Source: Synechocystis sp. PCC 6803 substr. PCC-P
GTDB lineage: Bacteria > Cyanobacteriota > Cyanobacteriia > Cyanobacteriales > Microcystaceae
Direction: 5' to 3'
NCBI RefSeq assembly: GCF_000284455.1
Contig: NC_017039.1
Span: 2,610,001-2,642,000 of the forward strand
Length of the DNA: 32,000 nucleotides
The notes beneath the pieces were generated by a model that was given only the letters and a program-made list of their open reading frames with translations, was not told the DNA's origin and made no database searches. Within the stretch, counting starts at the first letter, position 1. The number at the start of each line of letters is the position of its first letter. This document shows, piece after piece, positions 8,625 through 18,295 of the stretch. Position numbers and translations under genes: made by a program.

Positions 8625-10226
8625 GTGTCTCCGTCTGGTAAATCGTCCCGTTCCTTAGCTAATATCGCTGGCATTGTGGCGATCGCCACCTTGATCAGTA
8701 AGGTTTTTGGTTTATTGCGTGAACAAATCATCGCCGCCGCCTTTGGGGTGGGGACGGTGGTGACGGCCTACGCCTATGCCTACGTGATTCCGGGTTTTCT
8801 CTTTATACTTCTTGGGGGCATTAATGGCCCATTCCACAGTGCCTTGGTTAGTGTACTGTCCAAACGAGATCGGGAAGAGGCGGCACCCTTGGTGGAAACC
8901 GTTACCACCCTGGTCAGTGGGGTGTTGCTTGGGGTAACCATCATTTTGGTACTGGGGGCGGGCATATTCATTGACCTGCTGGCGCCGGGGTTAGAACCGG
9001 AAACCAGACGCATGGCGGTGCAACAGTTACAAATCATGGCTCCCATGGCCCTACTTTCGGGGTTAATTGGCATTGGCTTTGGGACTTTAAATGCGGCAGA
9101 TCAGTACCTATTGCCCAGTATTAGCCCTTTGCTTTCCAGTATTACCGTCATTCTGGGTTTAGGGGTCGCAGTCTGGCAATTGGGACAGCAACTAAACACA
9201 GAACCCTATTGGCTATTGGGTTCTCTCCTATTAGCAGGGGGAACCACCGCTGGAGCCGTGTTGCAATGGTTGGCTCAGATTGTGCCCCAGGCCAAAGCGG
9301 GTATGGGTAAATTGCGGCTGAGGTTTAATTTTGCCCTGCCGGGAGTAAAGGAAGTTTTGCAGGTGATGATTCCGGCCACCCTGTCTTCAGGGATGTTGTA
9401 TATCAACTTTGCCACCAACCTGTTTTTTGCTTCCTTTATTCCCAATGCGGCGGCCGCCATGCGTTATGGCAATTTTGTCGCCCTCACTCCCCTGGGCATT
9501 ATTTCCAATATGATTTTGGTGCCCTTTTTGCCGGTATTTTCCCGCTTAGCCGATCCCCAGGATTGGCCAGAATTAAAACTCCGTATCCGCCAGGGCATCA
9601 TGTTAAGCGCCCTGACCATGTTTCCCCTCACAGCTATTTTGGTGGGGTTAGCCATTCCCATTGTCCAGGTTATCTATGAGCGGGGGGCTTTTGATGCAGA
9701 GGCGGCGGCAGAGGTGGCTCCAGTGTTGGCAGCCTACGGTTTAGGCATGTTTTTCTACCTTGGTCGAGATGTTTTGGTGCGGGTATTTTATGCTCTGGGC
9801 GATGGGAACAGTCCTTTCAAAGTAAGCCTATTTAATATTTTTCTGAATGGTTTATTGGATTACCTCTTCTATAAGCCCTTTGGCACCGTGGGTATTGTCA
9901 TGGCAACGGTGGGGGTAAATCTTTTTTCCATGACTATTTTTATTTGGATGCTGAACCGTCGCCTAGCCGGTCTAAGTTTGGGGGGCTGGGCCATGGACCT
10001 GGGTAAACTGGTGGGTGTTACGGCGATCGCCAGTGTGGCTGGCTGGCAGGGGAGTGTGCTGTGGCAGAGACTTTGGGGGGTGAATAGCCTGGTGGAGAAT
10101 ATCCTGGAAGTGCTCACCATGTCCAGCATTATCCTAGTAGTGTTCACTGTGGGAGTGGCCTTGGCTAAAGTACCGGAGGTGGATTTACTAGGCGATCGCC
10201 TGTGGAAAAAATTCAAAAGGGTTTAG
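8625..10226 (+). CDS. murJ: Lipid II flippase MurJ/MviN
   Basis: 533-aa polytopic membrane protein. The N-terminus IAGIVAIATLISKVFGLLREQIIAAAFG is typical of MurJ. GTG start. Confidence 0.85.
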   Translation: MSPSGKSSRSLANIAGIVAIATLISKVFGLLREQIIAAAFGVGTVVTAYAYAYVIPGFLFILLGGINGPFHSALVSVLSKRDREEAAPLVETVTTLVSGVLLGVTIILVLGAGIFIDLLAPGLEPETRRMAVQQLQIMAPMALLSGLIGIGFGTLNAADQYLLPSISPLLSSITVILGLGVAVWQLGQQLNTEPYWLLGSLLLAGGTTAGAVLQWLAQIVPQAKAGMGKLRLRFNFALPGVKEVLQVMIPATLSSGMLYINFATNLFFASFIPNAAAAMRYGNFVALTPLGIISNMILVPFLPVFSRLADPQDWPELKLRIRQGIMLSALTMFPLTAILVGLAIPIVQVIYERGAFDAEAAAEVAPVLAAYGLGMFFYLGRDVLVRVFYALGDGNSPFKVSLFNIFLNGLLDYLFYKPFGTVGIVMATVGVNLFSMTIFIWMLNRRLAGLSLGGWAMDLGKLVGVTAIASVAGWQGSVLWQRLWGVNSLVENILEVLTMSSIILVVFTVGVALAKVPEVDLLGDRLWKKFKRV

Positions 10227-10352
10227 GCAGCAAAGAAATTTTCCCAAGGGCAATGAAAGAGTTAGGTTTTTTAGATGTTCCAGCACAGATCAATATTGTT
10301 ACTATCAACCTCTCGGTCAGTACTATCTGCTTGAAGTAGCTAGAATGATGCC

Positions 10353-10808
10353 ATGGCAACCTTCTTGGCCCTATTACCCCGCTCCCTAACCACATTTCTG
10401 TATGCTGTAGCGGCATTATTGAGGTTTTATGGCAACATCGACACCACCCCCTTCCAACTCATCCCCTTTACCATCCTCGAATGGAGTTTCTGGGCGTTCA
10501 CTTTGGGCACAGCGTCTTTGGTGGTTAGTCTCGGCCTTGAGTGGAACGCTGGAAATCGAAGCCGATATCAAGCGGCTCAAGCAAGAGAACGAGAAACTCG
10601 ACGAGATGATCTTGCAAACGAGGAACGAGAAAAAGCAGATCGAGAAAGAAACAGAGCAGATCAAGAAAGACAACGAGCGGCTGGCCGAGCTAGAATCCAA
10701 AATCGATTCTTCATTTCGCAAATACGGCATCAACTTACCCCTAACCCAGATACCAGATCAGCCCTGACGGATTTTCTCAGCTTTCTCCAAGAGTATGGCG
10801 AGCCCTAA
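10353..10808 (+). CDS. Small membrane protein; annotated frame doubtful downstream of about 10550 (see findings)
   Basis: Frame 0 gives two hydrophobic helices, then an Arg/Glu/Ala tract rich in the CGA codon. The overlapping frame +1 (10552-10767) encodes a clean heptad coiled coil. Confidence 0.5.
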   Translation: MATFLALLPRSLTTFLYAVAALLRFYGNIDTTPFQLIPFTILEWSFWAFTLGTASLVVSLGLEWNAGNRSRYQAAQARERETRRDDLANEEREKADRERNRADQERQRAAGRARIQNRFFISQIRHQLTPNPDTRSALTDFLSFLQEYGEP

Positions 10809-11229
10809 TTTATTGCCCGTGGATATGAAGATTAAGGTTTTTGTTTATGGCACCCTCATGCCGGGGGAATGTAATCACCAAGCCTACTGCCACCGTCAGA
10901 TTGAGCCCCCTACCCTGGGCTATGTGCTCGGCCAAATCTACCATCTGCAATATTTTGGTTATCCAGCTCTGGCGATCGGAGAGGACCGGGTTTGGGGCTA
11001 TTGCCTCACCTTTCCCCCTGGGTTTTCCCTAGAACACCTGGATAGTTTGGAAGATTATCAACCAGGGCGATCGCCCCAGGAGAATGTTTATGACCGTTGC
11101 TGGGCTGAGATATTTGATCCCCAGGATCAGGTAATGACAGAAGCGTGGCTTTACCGTATGGACTCTCGCAAAATTGAGCAGTATGGGGGAATTTACCTGC
11201 CCCATGGCCGTTGGTCTGGAAAGCTATAA
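10795..11229 (+). CDS. Gamma-glutamylcyclotransferase / AIG2-like family protein
   Basis: The VFVYGTLMPGECNH (YGTL) motif and a size of 144 aa fit the GGCT/AIG2 fold. Confidence 0.7.
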   Translation: MASPNLLPVDMKIKVFVYGTLMPGECNHQAYCHRQIEPPTLGYVLGQIYHLQYFGYPALAIGEDRVWGYCLTFPPGFSLEHLDSLEDYQPGRSPQENVYDRCWAEIFDPQDQVMTEAWLYRMDSRKIEQYGGIYLPHGRWSGKL

Positions 11230-12734
11230 TTCACGGCCTGATGTCTATGCAATTCATGGAAACTGGTATGCCGGACCTACTGAATTCCCCCCAGGCGATC
11301 GCCTCAGCCTTGGAATTTTCTTTAAAAAATGGCTTGGGAATTTTAGGGCAAGAATTACCCCTTGATTGGCAAATATGGGAAGAAGAATACGAGCAAAGTT
11401 TGACAGGAATTGAATCTCCCCAGATTTTGTTAGCGGAGACAAATGTGGGCAAATTTTGGGCAGCGGTGGTGGCTTTTTTGCGGGTCGGCCGGGGGACGTT
11501 ATTCATTGCTAATCATCAATGGCAACAAAGGGAATGGCAACAAGTGGCCCAATTTTTGCAACCCGATCGCCTCTGGGGATCATTAATGTGGCAACAGCAG
11601 TGGTTAAAGCTCACCGATAGTAATTCAGAATTAACTTCCGTTCACCACAAAACTAACACTCCGAAAAACCAACTAGAAGGGAAAAGCCCAGAACTATTAA
11701 TTGGTTTTCCCACCGGCGGTTCTTCAGGCACAATCCGTTTTGCCCTCCACAGTCCCCAGACTTTGACCATGGCAGTGGACGGTTTAAAGCAGTTCCTTGG
11801 CCCCCTGTTACCTAGGAATGGCCAAATTAATAGTTTTTGTCTGCTTCCCCTGTACCATGTGGGGGGCTTTATGCAATGGTGGCGATCGGCCTTAACTGGA
11901 GGGAATTTTAGCCCTCTGGATTACAGCTTAGTGAAACAATCTGCCCCTCCTTTTCCCCCCGATTATGTCACCTCTTTAGTGCCCACCCAGTTGGAGTATT
12001 TGCTCGATCGCCATGGTGCCTGGTTAAAAAATTTCCGGCTAATTTTTTTAGGGGGAGCTCCGGCCTGGCCCGCACTCTTGGCCAAAGCAAAAACGGCAAG
12101 CCTTAACCTAGCGCCCACCTATGGCATGACGGAAACTGCGGCCCAAATTGCCACCCTTACCCCGGCAGAATTTCTGGCCGGCCAAACGGGTGTCGGAAAG
12201 TTGTTGCCCCATGTTCAATTGACCATTACCAACTCCAAAGATGAAATGGTTGCCCCCGGCACAGTGGGCCTTATCAACATCCAATCCCGTGCTTTATTCA
12301 AAGGTTATGTCCCCCAGAATGAAAACTCCAGCCGGGAAATTTTCACCACCGGGGATTTAGGTTATTGCCACAACGGTTATCTTCATATCACCGGTCGTCG
12401 GGGTCGGCGTCTCATCAGCGGCGGAGAAAATATTGATCCAGAGGACATAGAAGCTCTCTTGCTCGATCGCCATTTAGTCCAAGATGTGGTCATCGTCGGA
12501 GTTGGCGATCGCCATTGGGGAGAAATGTTAGTAGCAGTCTATGTACCTAACCCGGGTCCGGGGAATGATGTTTCCACCCTGAGCCAGTGTGTCAAAGCTC
12601 AGTTAAGTAAACCGAAATGTCCGAAGCATTGGTTGCCCGTTTCGACCCTACGGCGATCGCCCTTGGGCAAATTAAACTACCAATTTTGGCAAACTTGGGC
12701 TACGGAGCAACTAGGGGTCGAAGAGGAGGAGTAA
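11211..12734 (+). CDS. menE: Adenylate-forming enzyme, probably o-succinylbenzoate-CoA ligase
   Basis: AMP-binding motifs FPTGGSSGTIRFA, PTYGMTET and TGDLGY. The MenE assignment rests on remembered genome context, not on specific residues. The start is uncertain: GTG 11211 or ATGs at 11241-11268. Confidence 0.6.
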   Translation: MVWKAIIHGLMSMQFMETGMPDLLNSPQAIASALEFSLKNGLGILGQELPLDWQIWEEEYEQSLTGIESPQILLAETNVGKFWAAVVAFLRVGRGTLFIANHQWQQREWQQVAQFLQPDRLWGSLMWQQQWLKLTDSNSELTSVHHKTNTPKNQLEGKSPELLIGFPTGGSSGTIRFALHSPQTLTMAVDGLKQFLGPLLPRNGQINSFCLLPLYHVGGFMQWWRSALTGGNFSPLDYSLVKQSAPPFPPDYVTSLVPTQLEYLLDRHGAWLKNFRLIFLGGAPAWPALLAKAKTASLNLAPTYGMTETAAQIATLTPAEFLAGQTGVGKLLPHVQLTITNSKDEMVAPGTVGLINIQSRALFKGYVPQNENSSREIFTTGDLGYCHNGYLHITGRRGRRLISGGENIDPEDIEALLLDRHLVQDVVIVGVGDRHWGEMLVAVYVPNPGPGNDVSTLSQCVKAQLSKPKCPKHWLPVSTLRRSPLGKLNYQFWQTWATEQLGVEEEE

Positions 12735-12757
12735 CAGCAATAACCTGTGAGTATGGT

Positions 12758-12810
12758 TTATTTACCGACTTTGCCTAGGATTCAAGTAAGTCGGGGTAAA
12801 CAAATTTTTG
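12758..12810 (+). terminator. Putative intrinsic terminator after menE
   Basis: TTTACCGACTT (12761-12771) pairs with AAGTCGGGGTAAA (12788-12800), with a 2-nt bulge and a 16-nt loop. CAAATTTTT follows. Confidence 0.45.
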
Positions 12811-12921
12811 ACGTTGATTGGTGCTGTCCCCATAGGAACCTAAACCCTAACTAAGCCGTTGTGTTAGCCTGGGTTAGAAAAAATTGTCGATGCGGTTAAT
12901 TGTTGTTGAGGAAAAAGATTA

Positions 12922-13308
12922 ATGATTGCCACTCCCCTTGCCCAAGCTGCCACCACCCCCAGTCATTTACCCACGGAAACCAGACCTTGGGGTTCTTTTA
13001 CCACCCTGGAGGAGGGCAACGGTTACAAAATCAAACGCATCGAGGTCAACCCCGGCCATCGTCTCAGCCTACAAATGCACCATCATCGCAGTGAGCATTG
13101 GATTGTAGTCTCCGGCACCGCCCGCATCGTTTGTGGAGATAAAGAAGAACTTTTGGAACCAAATCAGTCCACCTATGTGCCCCAATGCACTGCCCATCGT
13201 CTGGAAAACCCTGGGGTAATTAAATTAGTTTTAATTGAAGTGCAGAATGGGGAATATCTGGGGGAAGACGATATTATCCGTTTTCAGGATGACTACGCCC
13301 GCGGCTAA
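12922..13308 (+). CDS. Cupin-domain protein resembling the C-terminal domain of mannose-6-P isomerase / GDP-mannose pyrophosphorylase
   Basis: RPWGSF...GYKIKRIEVNPGHRLSLQMHHHRSEHWIVVSGTA...HRLENPG is the cupin_2 metal-binding pattern of type II PMI. Confidence 0.75.
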   Translation: MIATPLAQAATTPSHLPTETRPWGSFTTLEEGNGYKIKRIEVNPGHRLSLQMHHHRSEHWIVVSGTARIVCGDKEELLEPNQSTYVPQCTAHRLENPGVIKLVLIEVQNGEYLGEDDIIRFQDDYARG

Positions 13309-14306
13309 TTACGACCAGTGGATTTTGGGCTAGCGGCCATCAATTCGGCAATGGTTTGGCAATGGGCCGGTAAGCCTAACTGGGCTGGAGCAACGGGGTT
13401 GGGATAGGTGAAATGGCGATAATCCAGGCAAAACCTATCCCAGTCCGCCATTTGAATGCGGAACAGCTTGATGAAAATATTGGCCAAGGTAAGAGAGAGG
13501 GGAATTTGAAAGTAGATTTTCTGGCGATGATACTGGCAAACCTGACGGATACCTTCCGTGGCGGTGAGGGGAGCATTACCTAGCACCACATCAATTCGTT
13601 TCTGGGGGGGATTGTCAACGTAATAGGCCACCACCCGAGCTATATCCCTACCGTGGATGAAGTGGAAGCTTCCATCGGCCCGGAACCAACGGATCAGGGG
13701 TAACCAACGCAAAATTTCCCCCAATCCGCCGGAAAGATGGGAATAGGGTTTACTGGGTTCGCCGCCAAAGACCAGGGTGGGATAAACCACTGTGATTTTG
13801 TTAGCCATGGCTTCGGCAATGGGGGTGACTTCCGGTGGAGAATCATGGTGGGATTCCAACGCCTGATGACAGAGATATTTGGTGCGGATATAGTCAGTGC
13901 CCAAACTTCCTGCTTCTGGTAGTGGTTGCCCTTGGCGGTCCAAAATGCTGGCGGTGGAAAAATAAATTACCTGTTCGCACCGTTCTGGGTTGAGTAAATT
14001 AATCAAAGTCAGGGTTTTGACCACGTTAATGTTGTAGGTCTCCTGGCGATCTCCCCAACTGGTGGCAATGAGAATGGCGCAGTCCATGGTTTGCAGCAAG
14101 TCTGCGTGGGCTTCAATGGTGCCCATGTCACCGGGGATTAAATGAATATTACTCCTCAGCTTGGGATCAAATTGGAGTTTATCGGGATTTCTCACCAGTA
14201 GGAATAGCTCATGGTCTGTGCCTTGGATTAATTCATCCGCTAAATAGTGGCCAATGCAACCACTGATCCCGGTGATAAAAATGCGTTTTAAACTAGCCAT
14301 GCCCAT
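13305..14306 (-). CDS. NAD-dependent epimerase/dehydratase (extended SDR) family protein
   Basis: Rossmann motif FITGISGCIGHYL and catalytic YIRTK (YxxxK). Confidence 0.75.
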   Translation of the reverse strand: MGMASLKRIFITGISGCIGHYLADELIQGTDHELFLLVRNPDKLQFDPKLRSNIHLIPGDMGTIEAHADLLQTMDCAILIATSWGDRQETYNINVVKTLTLINLLNPERCEQVIYFSTASILDRQGQPLPEAGSLGTDYIRTKYLCHQALESHHDSPPEVTPIAEAMANKITVVYPTLVFGGEPSKPYSHLSGGLGEILRWLPLIRWFRADGSFHFIHGRDIARVVAYYVDNPPQKRIDVVLGNAPLTATEGIRQVCQYHRQKIYFQIPLSLTLANIFIKLFRIQMADWDRFCLDYRHFTYPNPVAPAQLGLPAHCQTIAELMAASPKSTGRN

Positions 14307-14399
14307 ACACTCCCCAGAAATAAATTAATTTTGCTCACCCTAACCAAAAAAGGCGATCGCCAAATCCTTGCCATTATTGTTTTGCAATCAACATTGGCT

Positions 14400-15701
14400 T
14401 TAGGACAGCACCCGGATCACACTAGGAATTTCCTTCACTGCTTCTAGTTGGCTAATTTCCTCCAGGGCGGCCCGGTAATCCCCTTCCCGCACATCATGGG
14501 TAACGACGACAATTTCTGCACAGCCATCGGTGAAGCCAATTTGCACTAGGGATTCTAAGCTAACCCCGTGGTTGCCAAAACCCATGCCTAAATGGCCAAT
14601 TACCCCCGGCACGTCAGCACAGAGGAAGCGGCAATAAAAACGGGTAACTAGATCTTCAATGGGGGAAACCTGGCAGTAGTGTTGGTGGGTGCAACTGAGC
14701 AGGGGATCAAGGGCAGGATTTTCGTCACTGCTGGTAATAATGCCAACAATGTTAATTACATCGGATACCACCGCACTGGCAGTGGGGCCAGCTCCCGCTC
14801 CCCGACCGTAGAACATTACTTGCCCCAGGGGATCTCCAGTCACCAACACACCGTTGTAAACTCCATTAACGCTGGCGAGGGGATGATCCTTGGCGATTAA
14901 AGTGGGATGTACCCGCAGTTGCAATGCTTCTGAATCTTCCCCCGCATTACCATCGGCGATCGCCAGTAGTTTAATCACAAAGCCCAGGCGATCGGCGTAG
15001 GCAATATCCACCGCACTAACGGATCTAATGCCTTCACAGGCCACATCTTCCCGTTTAACCCGGCCGCCAAAACCGAGGGAAGCAAGGATGGCAATTTTGT
15101 CCGCCGCATCCAATCCATCCACATCGGCACTGGGATCCGCTTCGGCATAACCCAATTGTTGAGCGGCCGTTAATACCTCGTCAAAATCCGCCCCCTCACT
15201 GGTCATGCGGGAAAGAATATAGTTAGTGGTGCCATTGAGAATACCGACGATACTTTGGATGCGGTTGCCTCCCAGGGATTGCTTGAGGGGCTTAATGATG
15301 GGAATGCCGCCCCCCACCGCCGCTTCCAGGAGGACATAAACGCCGTGTTGATTGGCCGCTTCGTAAATTTCTGGGCCGTAACGGGCAATGACCGCTTTGT
15401 TGGCGGTGACAATGTGTTTTTTATGGGCGATCGCCTGGAGAATGAGGGATCTAGCGGGTTCCAATCCTCCCATCAACTCCACCACAATGGCAATGTCAGG
15501 ATCGGTGACAATGGCTTCTAGGTCGGTGGTCAAAACCTCCGGCGGCAAATTTACTTGGCGGGGTTTATCCAAGGAACGCACCCCCACTGCTTTAACCTCA
15601 ATGGCTTTGAGCAGGGGACTACGACCCTGCGGATCCTGCAAAATTTCCACTGTGCCACTGCCGACGGTACCTAGACCGAGTAAACCAATTTTAACTGTCA
15701 C
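14400..15701 (-). CDS. hom: Homoserine dehydrogenase
   Basis: N-terminus KIGLLGLGTVGSG, then a central homoserine dehydrogenase catalytic region and a C-terminal ACT-like domain. 433 aa. Confidence 0.9.
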   Translation of the reverse strand: MTVKIGLLGLGTVGSGTVEILQDPQGRSPLLKAIEVKAVGVRSLDKPRQVNLPPEVLTTDLEAIVTDPDIAIVVELMGGLEPARSLILQAIAHKKHIVTANKAVIARYGPEIYEAANQHGVYVLLEAAVGGGIPIIKPLKQSLGGNRIQSIVGILNGTTNYILSRMTSEGADFDEVLTAAQQLGYAEADPSADVDGLDAADKIAILASLGFGGRVKREDVACEGIRSVSAVDIAYADRLGFVIKLLAIADGNAGEDSEALQLRVHPTLIAKDHPLASVNGVYNGVLVTGDPLGQVMFYGRGAGAGPTASAVVSDVINIVGIITSSDENPALDPLLSCTHQHYCQVSPIEDLVTRFYCRFLCADVPGVIGHLGMGFGNHGVSLESLVQIGFTDGCAEIVVVTHDVREGDYRAALEEISQLEAVKEIPSVIRVLS

Positions 15702-15828
15702 AATTTTCCTCCCGTTGCCTTTCCTTTCTTTAGGTTACTGGCGATCGGCTCCCCATTCTATCTGGACTTGGGCAGGGAAAAGAATACTGAAACTCTTTGA
15801 TTGTTCAAAACGCTGTTTAAACTGACCT

Positions 15829-16569
15829 GTGCTCCCCCAGCCCCAAATTTGGCTTTGTCCCACCGATCGCCCCTTAATTCCGGGTTATCAAGCCCTATTA
15901 AGTTCCGAAGAAATGGCCCGGGGGGAACGCTACCAACGGCCCCAGGATAAGCAACGATTTTTGACTATGCGGTTAGCTTTACGCATACTCCTAGCCCGTC
16001 AGCTTGACTGTTTGCCCCAGCAATTACAGTTCACCTATGGCCCCCAAGGTAAGCCGGAGTTAGTGGACAGGGAGCGGAGATCGCCATGGTTTAACGTGGC
16101 CCATAGCGGGAATTATGGTTTGATTGGCTTAAGTACAGAGGGGGAAATTGGGGTTGATTTGCAAATTATGCTCCCTAAACCCCACTACTTAAAATTAGCA
16201 AAGCGTTTTTTTGCTCCCCAGGAAGTTCAGCAATTGGAAAGTTTAGAGGGGGAAAAAAGAACTAAACTGTTTTACCAACTTTGGACAGCGAAGGAAGCAT
16301 TTTTAAAAGCTACAGGGAAGGGCATTAGCGGTGGCTTGAATCAAGTTATACCAGACGAAAATTTAGCTAAATATCAGTACTTACCGGATAGCGGAGATAC
16401 AAACCATTGGCGATTATCTAGTCAACCTTTGTTAGCGGATCAAGGGAGCAACGATAATTATTGGATGGCGATCGCCTGGTGCACTAACGAGGTCAACCAA
16501 GTTGAGTCTAATTACTTACCCAATATTCAGCCATTCCAGTGGCCCCGTAACCTTGATTCATTGCCCTAG
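15829..16569 (+). CDS. hetI: Sfp/HetI-type 4'-phosphopantetheinyl transferase
   Basis: GKPEL, FNVAHSG, GVDLQ and WTAKEAFLKATGKG motifs of group II PPTases. GTG start. Confidence 0.8.
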   Translation: MLPQPQIWLCPTDRPLIPGYQALLSSEEMARGERYQRPQDKQRFLTMRLALRILLARQLDCLPQQLQFTYGPQGKPELVDRERRSPWFNVAHSGNYGLIGLSTEGEIGVDLQIMLPKPHYLKLAKRFFAPQEVQQLESLEGEKRTKLFYQLWTAKEAFLKATGKGISGGLNQVIPDENLAKYQYLPDSGDTNHWRLSSQPLLADQGSNDNYWMAIAWCTNEVNQVESNYLPNIQPFQWPRNLDSLP

Positions 16570-16609
16570 TTTCGTTACCTTGGGCCGACGGCCTTAATCC
16601 TGTGAAACC

Positions 16610-16939
16610 ATGGAAAATCCCCTGCAAAAAGTGGAAGCGGCCATTAACCATCAAGTTAATGAAACGGTGCGCCAAACCAGCGACAAATTCTATGGCCAGC
16701 TAGAAAAAATTGTCCATAAAGAATTGACCAGCGATCATTTGGAAAGAATCATCGCTGATGCGGTGGCCCAAACCTTGCGAAAACTGGCTTGGCAGTACTG
16801 GTACTTGCTCATAGGGGCCGCCTGTGGGCTGTTGGTAATTCAGGCCTTACTGCTGAGAGTGGTACTTAAAGACACTAATTCCTGTGTGGAGTCTGCGCCG
16901 AGATCAGCATCACCATCCCTGAATGTTCCCCAGCGCTGA
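16610..16939 (+). CDS. Hypothetical protein with one C-terminal TM helix
   Basis: 109-aa ORF with typical codon usage and the hydrophobic segment WQYWYLLIGAACGLLVIQALLL. Its stop codon lies inside the repeat element that follows. Confidence 0.55.
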   Translation: MENPLQKVEAAINHQVNETVRQTSDKFYGQLEKIVHKELTSDHLERIIADAVAQTLRKLAWQYWYLLIGAACGLLVIQALLLRVVLKDTNSCVESAPRSASPSLNVPQR

Positions 16940-17071
16940 GAATCTGTTTGAAAAGTTTTATTTTGTCCCCTAAATCTCCTCATTAAATCTTCGACAATGC
17001 TGGGGCACTTTTATTTTTAACTTCCCCCCAAACTTGGGGGCCAGGGGGGCTTTTCAAACACGCTCTGAGAG
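16936..17071. mobile_element. MITE-like repeat, copy A
   Basis: Imperfect terminal inverted repeats CTGAGAATCTGTTTGAAAAG (16936-16955) and CTTTTCAAACACGCTCTGAGAG (17050-17071). It has an internal GC hairpin at 17024-17040. It is homologous to 29783-29943 in the opposite orientation. Confidence 0.55.
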
Positions 17072-17097
17072 TTAATTAGTTGATCAATTTTAAAACA

Positions 17098-18093
17098 TTA
17101 AAACTGCCGCAGAAACCGCAGATCACTGTTATAGAGCCGACGAATATCGTCAATTTGGTGCAACACCATGGCAAATCGCTCTACCCCAAAGCCTGCGGCA
17201 AAGCCAGTGTAAACTTCCGGGTCATAACCCACTGCTTCCATTACGTTGGGGTCCACCATGCCACAGCCCATCACCTCTAGCCATTTACCCTGCCATTGCA
17301 CATCCACTTCCGCTGAGGGTTCGGTAAAGGGAAAATAACTAGCCCGAAAGCGAATCGGCAATGCTTCCCCAAACATTTGTTTGATAAAAGCCTGAATGGT
17401 GCCTTTCAAATGGGTGAAAGCTAAACCTTTATCGATCGCCAATAGTTCTACTTGATGAAATACAGCAGAGTGGGTGGCATCCACCGTATCCCGCCGATAA
17501 ACTCGACCAGGGGCCACAATGCGGATGGGGGGATCATGCTTCTCCATGTAACGGATTTGCACCGGGGAAGTGTGGGTACGGAGCAGACGACCATCTTTTA
17601 AAAAGAAGGTATCCTGCATATCCCGAGCGGGGTGGTCAGCGGGAATATTTAACGCTTCAAAGTTGTAATAATCCGTTTCCACTTGGGGCCCCGTAGCGAC
17701 GGTGTAGCCCAAACCGACAAAAATATCCAACACCCGGTCAACGGTGCTGTTGAGGGGATGGCGACGGCCCTGGGGACGGTAACTGCCCGCCATGGTCACA
17801 TCTAAAGTTTCCGCCGCTAGCTGAGCTTCGATCGCCGCATTTTGTAGATTGGCTTTGCGGGATTCCAAATCATGCTGGAGTGCCTCTTTTACCTCATTGG
17901 CGATCGCCCCAAATTTAGGTCTTTCCTCCGCAGAAAGTTTACCCATACCTTTAAGAATCAGGGACAATTCCCCTTTTTTCCCTAGGTATTGCACCCGCAA
18001 TTTATCCAACCCATCCAGGTCGTCACAACCGCTGATCGCCGCCTGGGCAGACTGTTGCAGGGATTTTAAATCGGCTTCCAAAGAAATAGTCAT
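17098..18093 (-). CDS. pheS: Phenylalanine-tRNA ligase alpha subunit
   Basis: 331 aa with the class II aaRS motifs [33 protein letters not shown] and [11 protein letters not shown]. Confidence 0.95.
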
Positions 18094-18295
18094 GGAAAAA
18101 TGGGTCTCTCGTAATTCCGCCCTAGCAAAGGCCTTGTTTATGGGGATGGATCAAATACTGATTAGCGCTGGTCAGGTTGATCAACAGGGGATAATTGGTC
18201 TTTCCTCGGCCATGGTCAAGGCCAACATCGGCTAAACCTAGGAAAAATCGCCCGTTACCGATTCTACCCCAGCAGAGAGCGCAAATCCTTTGTTA

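Noticed and set aside
10416-10733. 105-aa ORF on the - strand over the purine-rich tract
   Set aside because: The GAA/GAG/AAA-rich sequence lacks stops in several frames. The antisense translation is Ser/Phe/Cys low-complexity, with no start context or periodicity.
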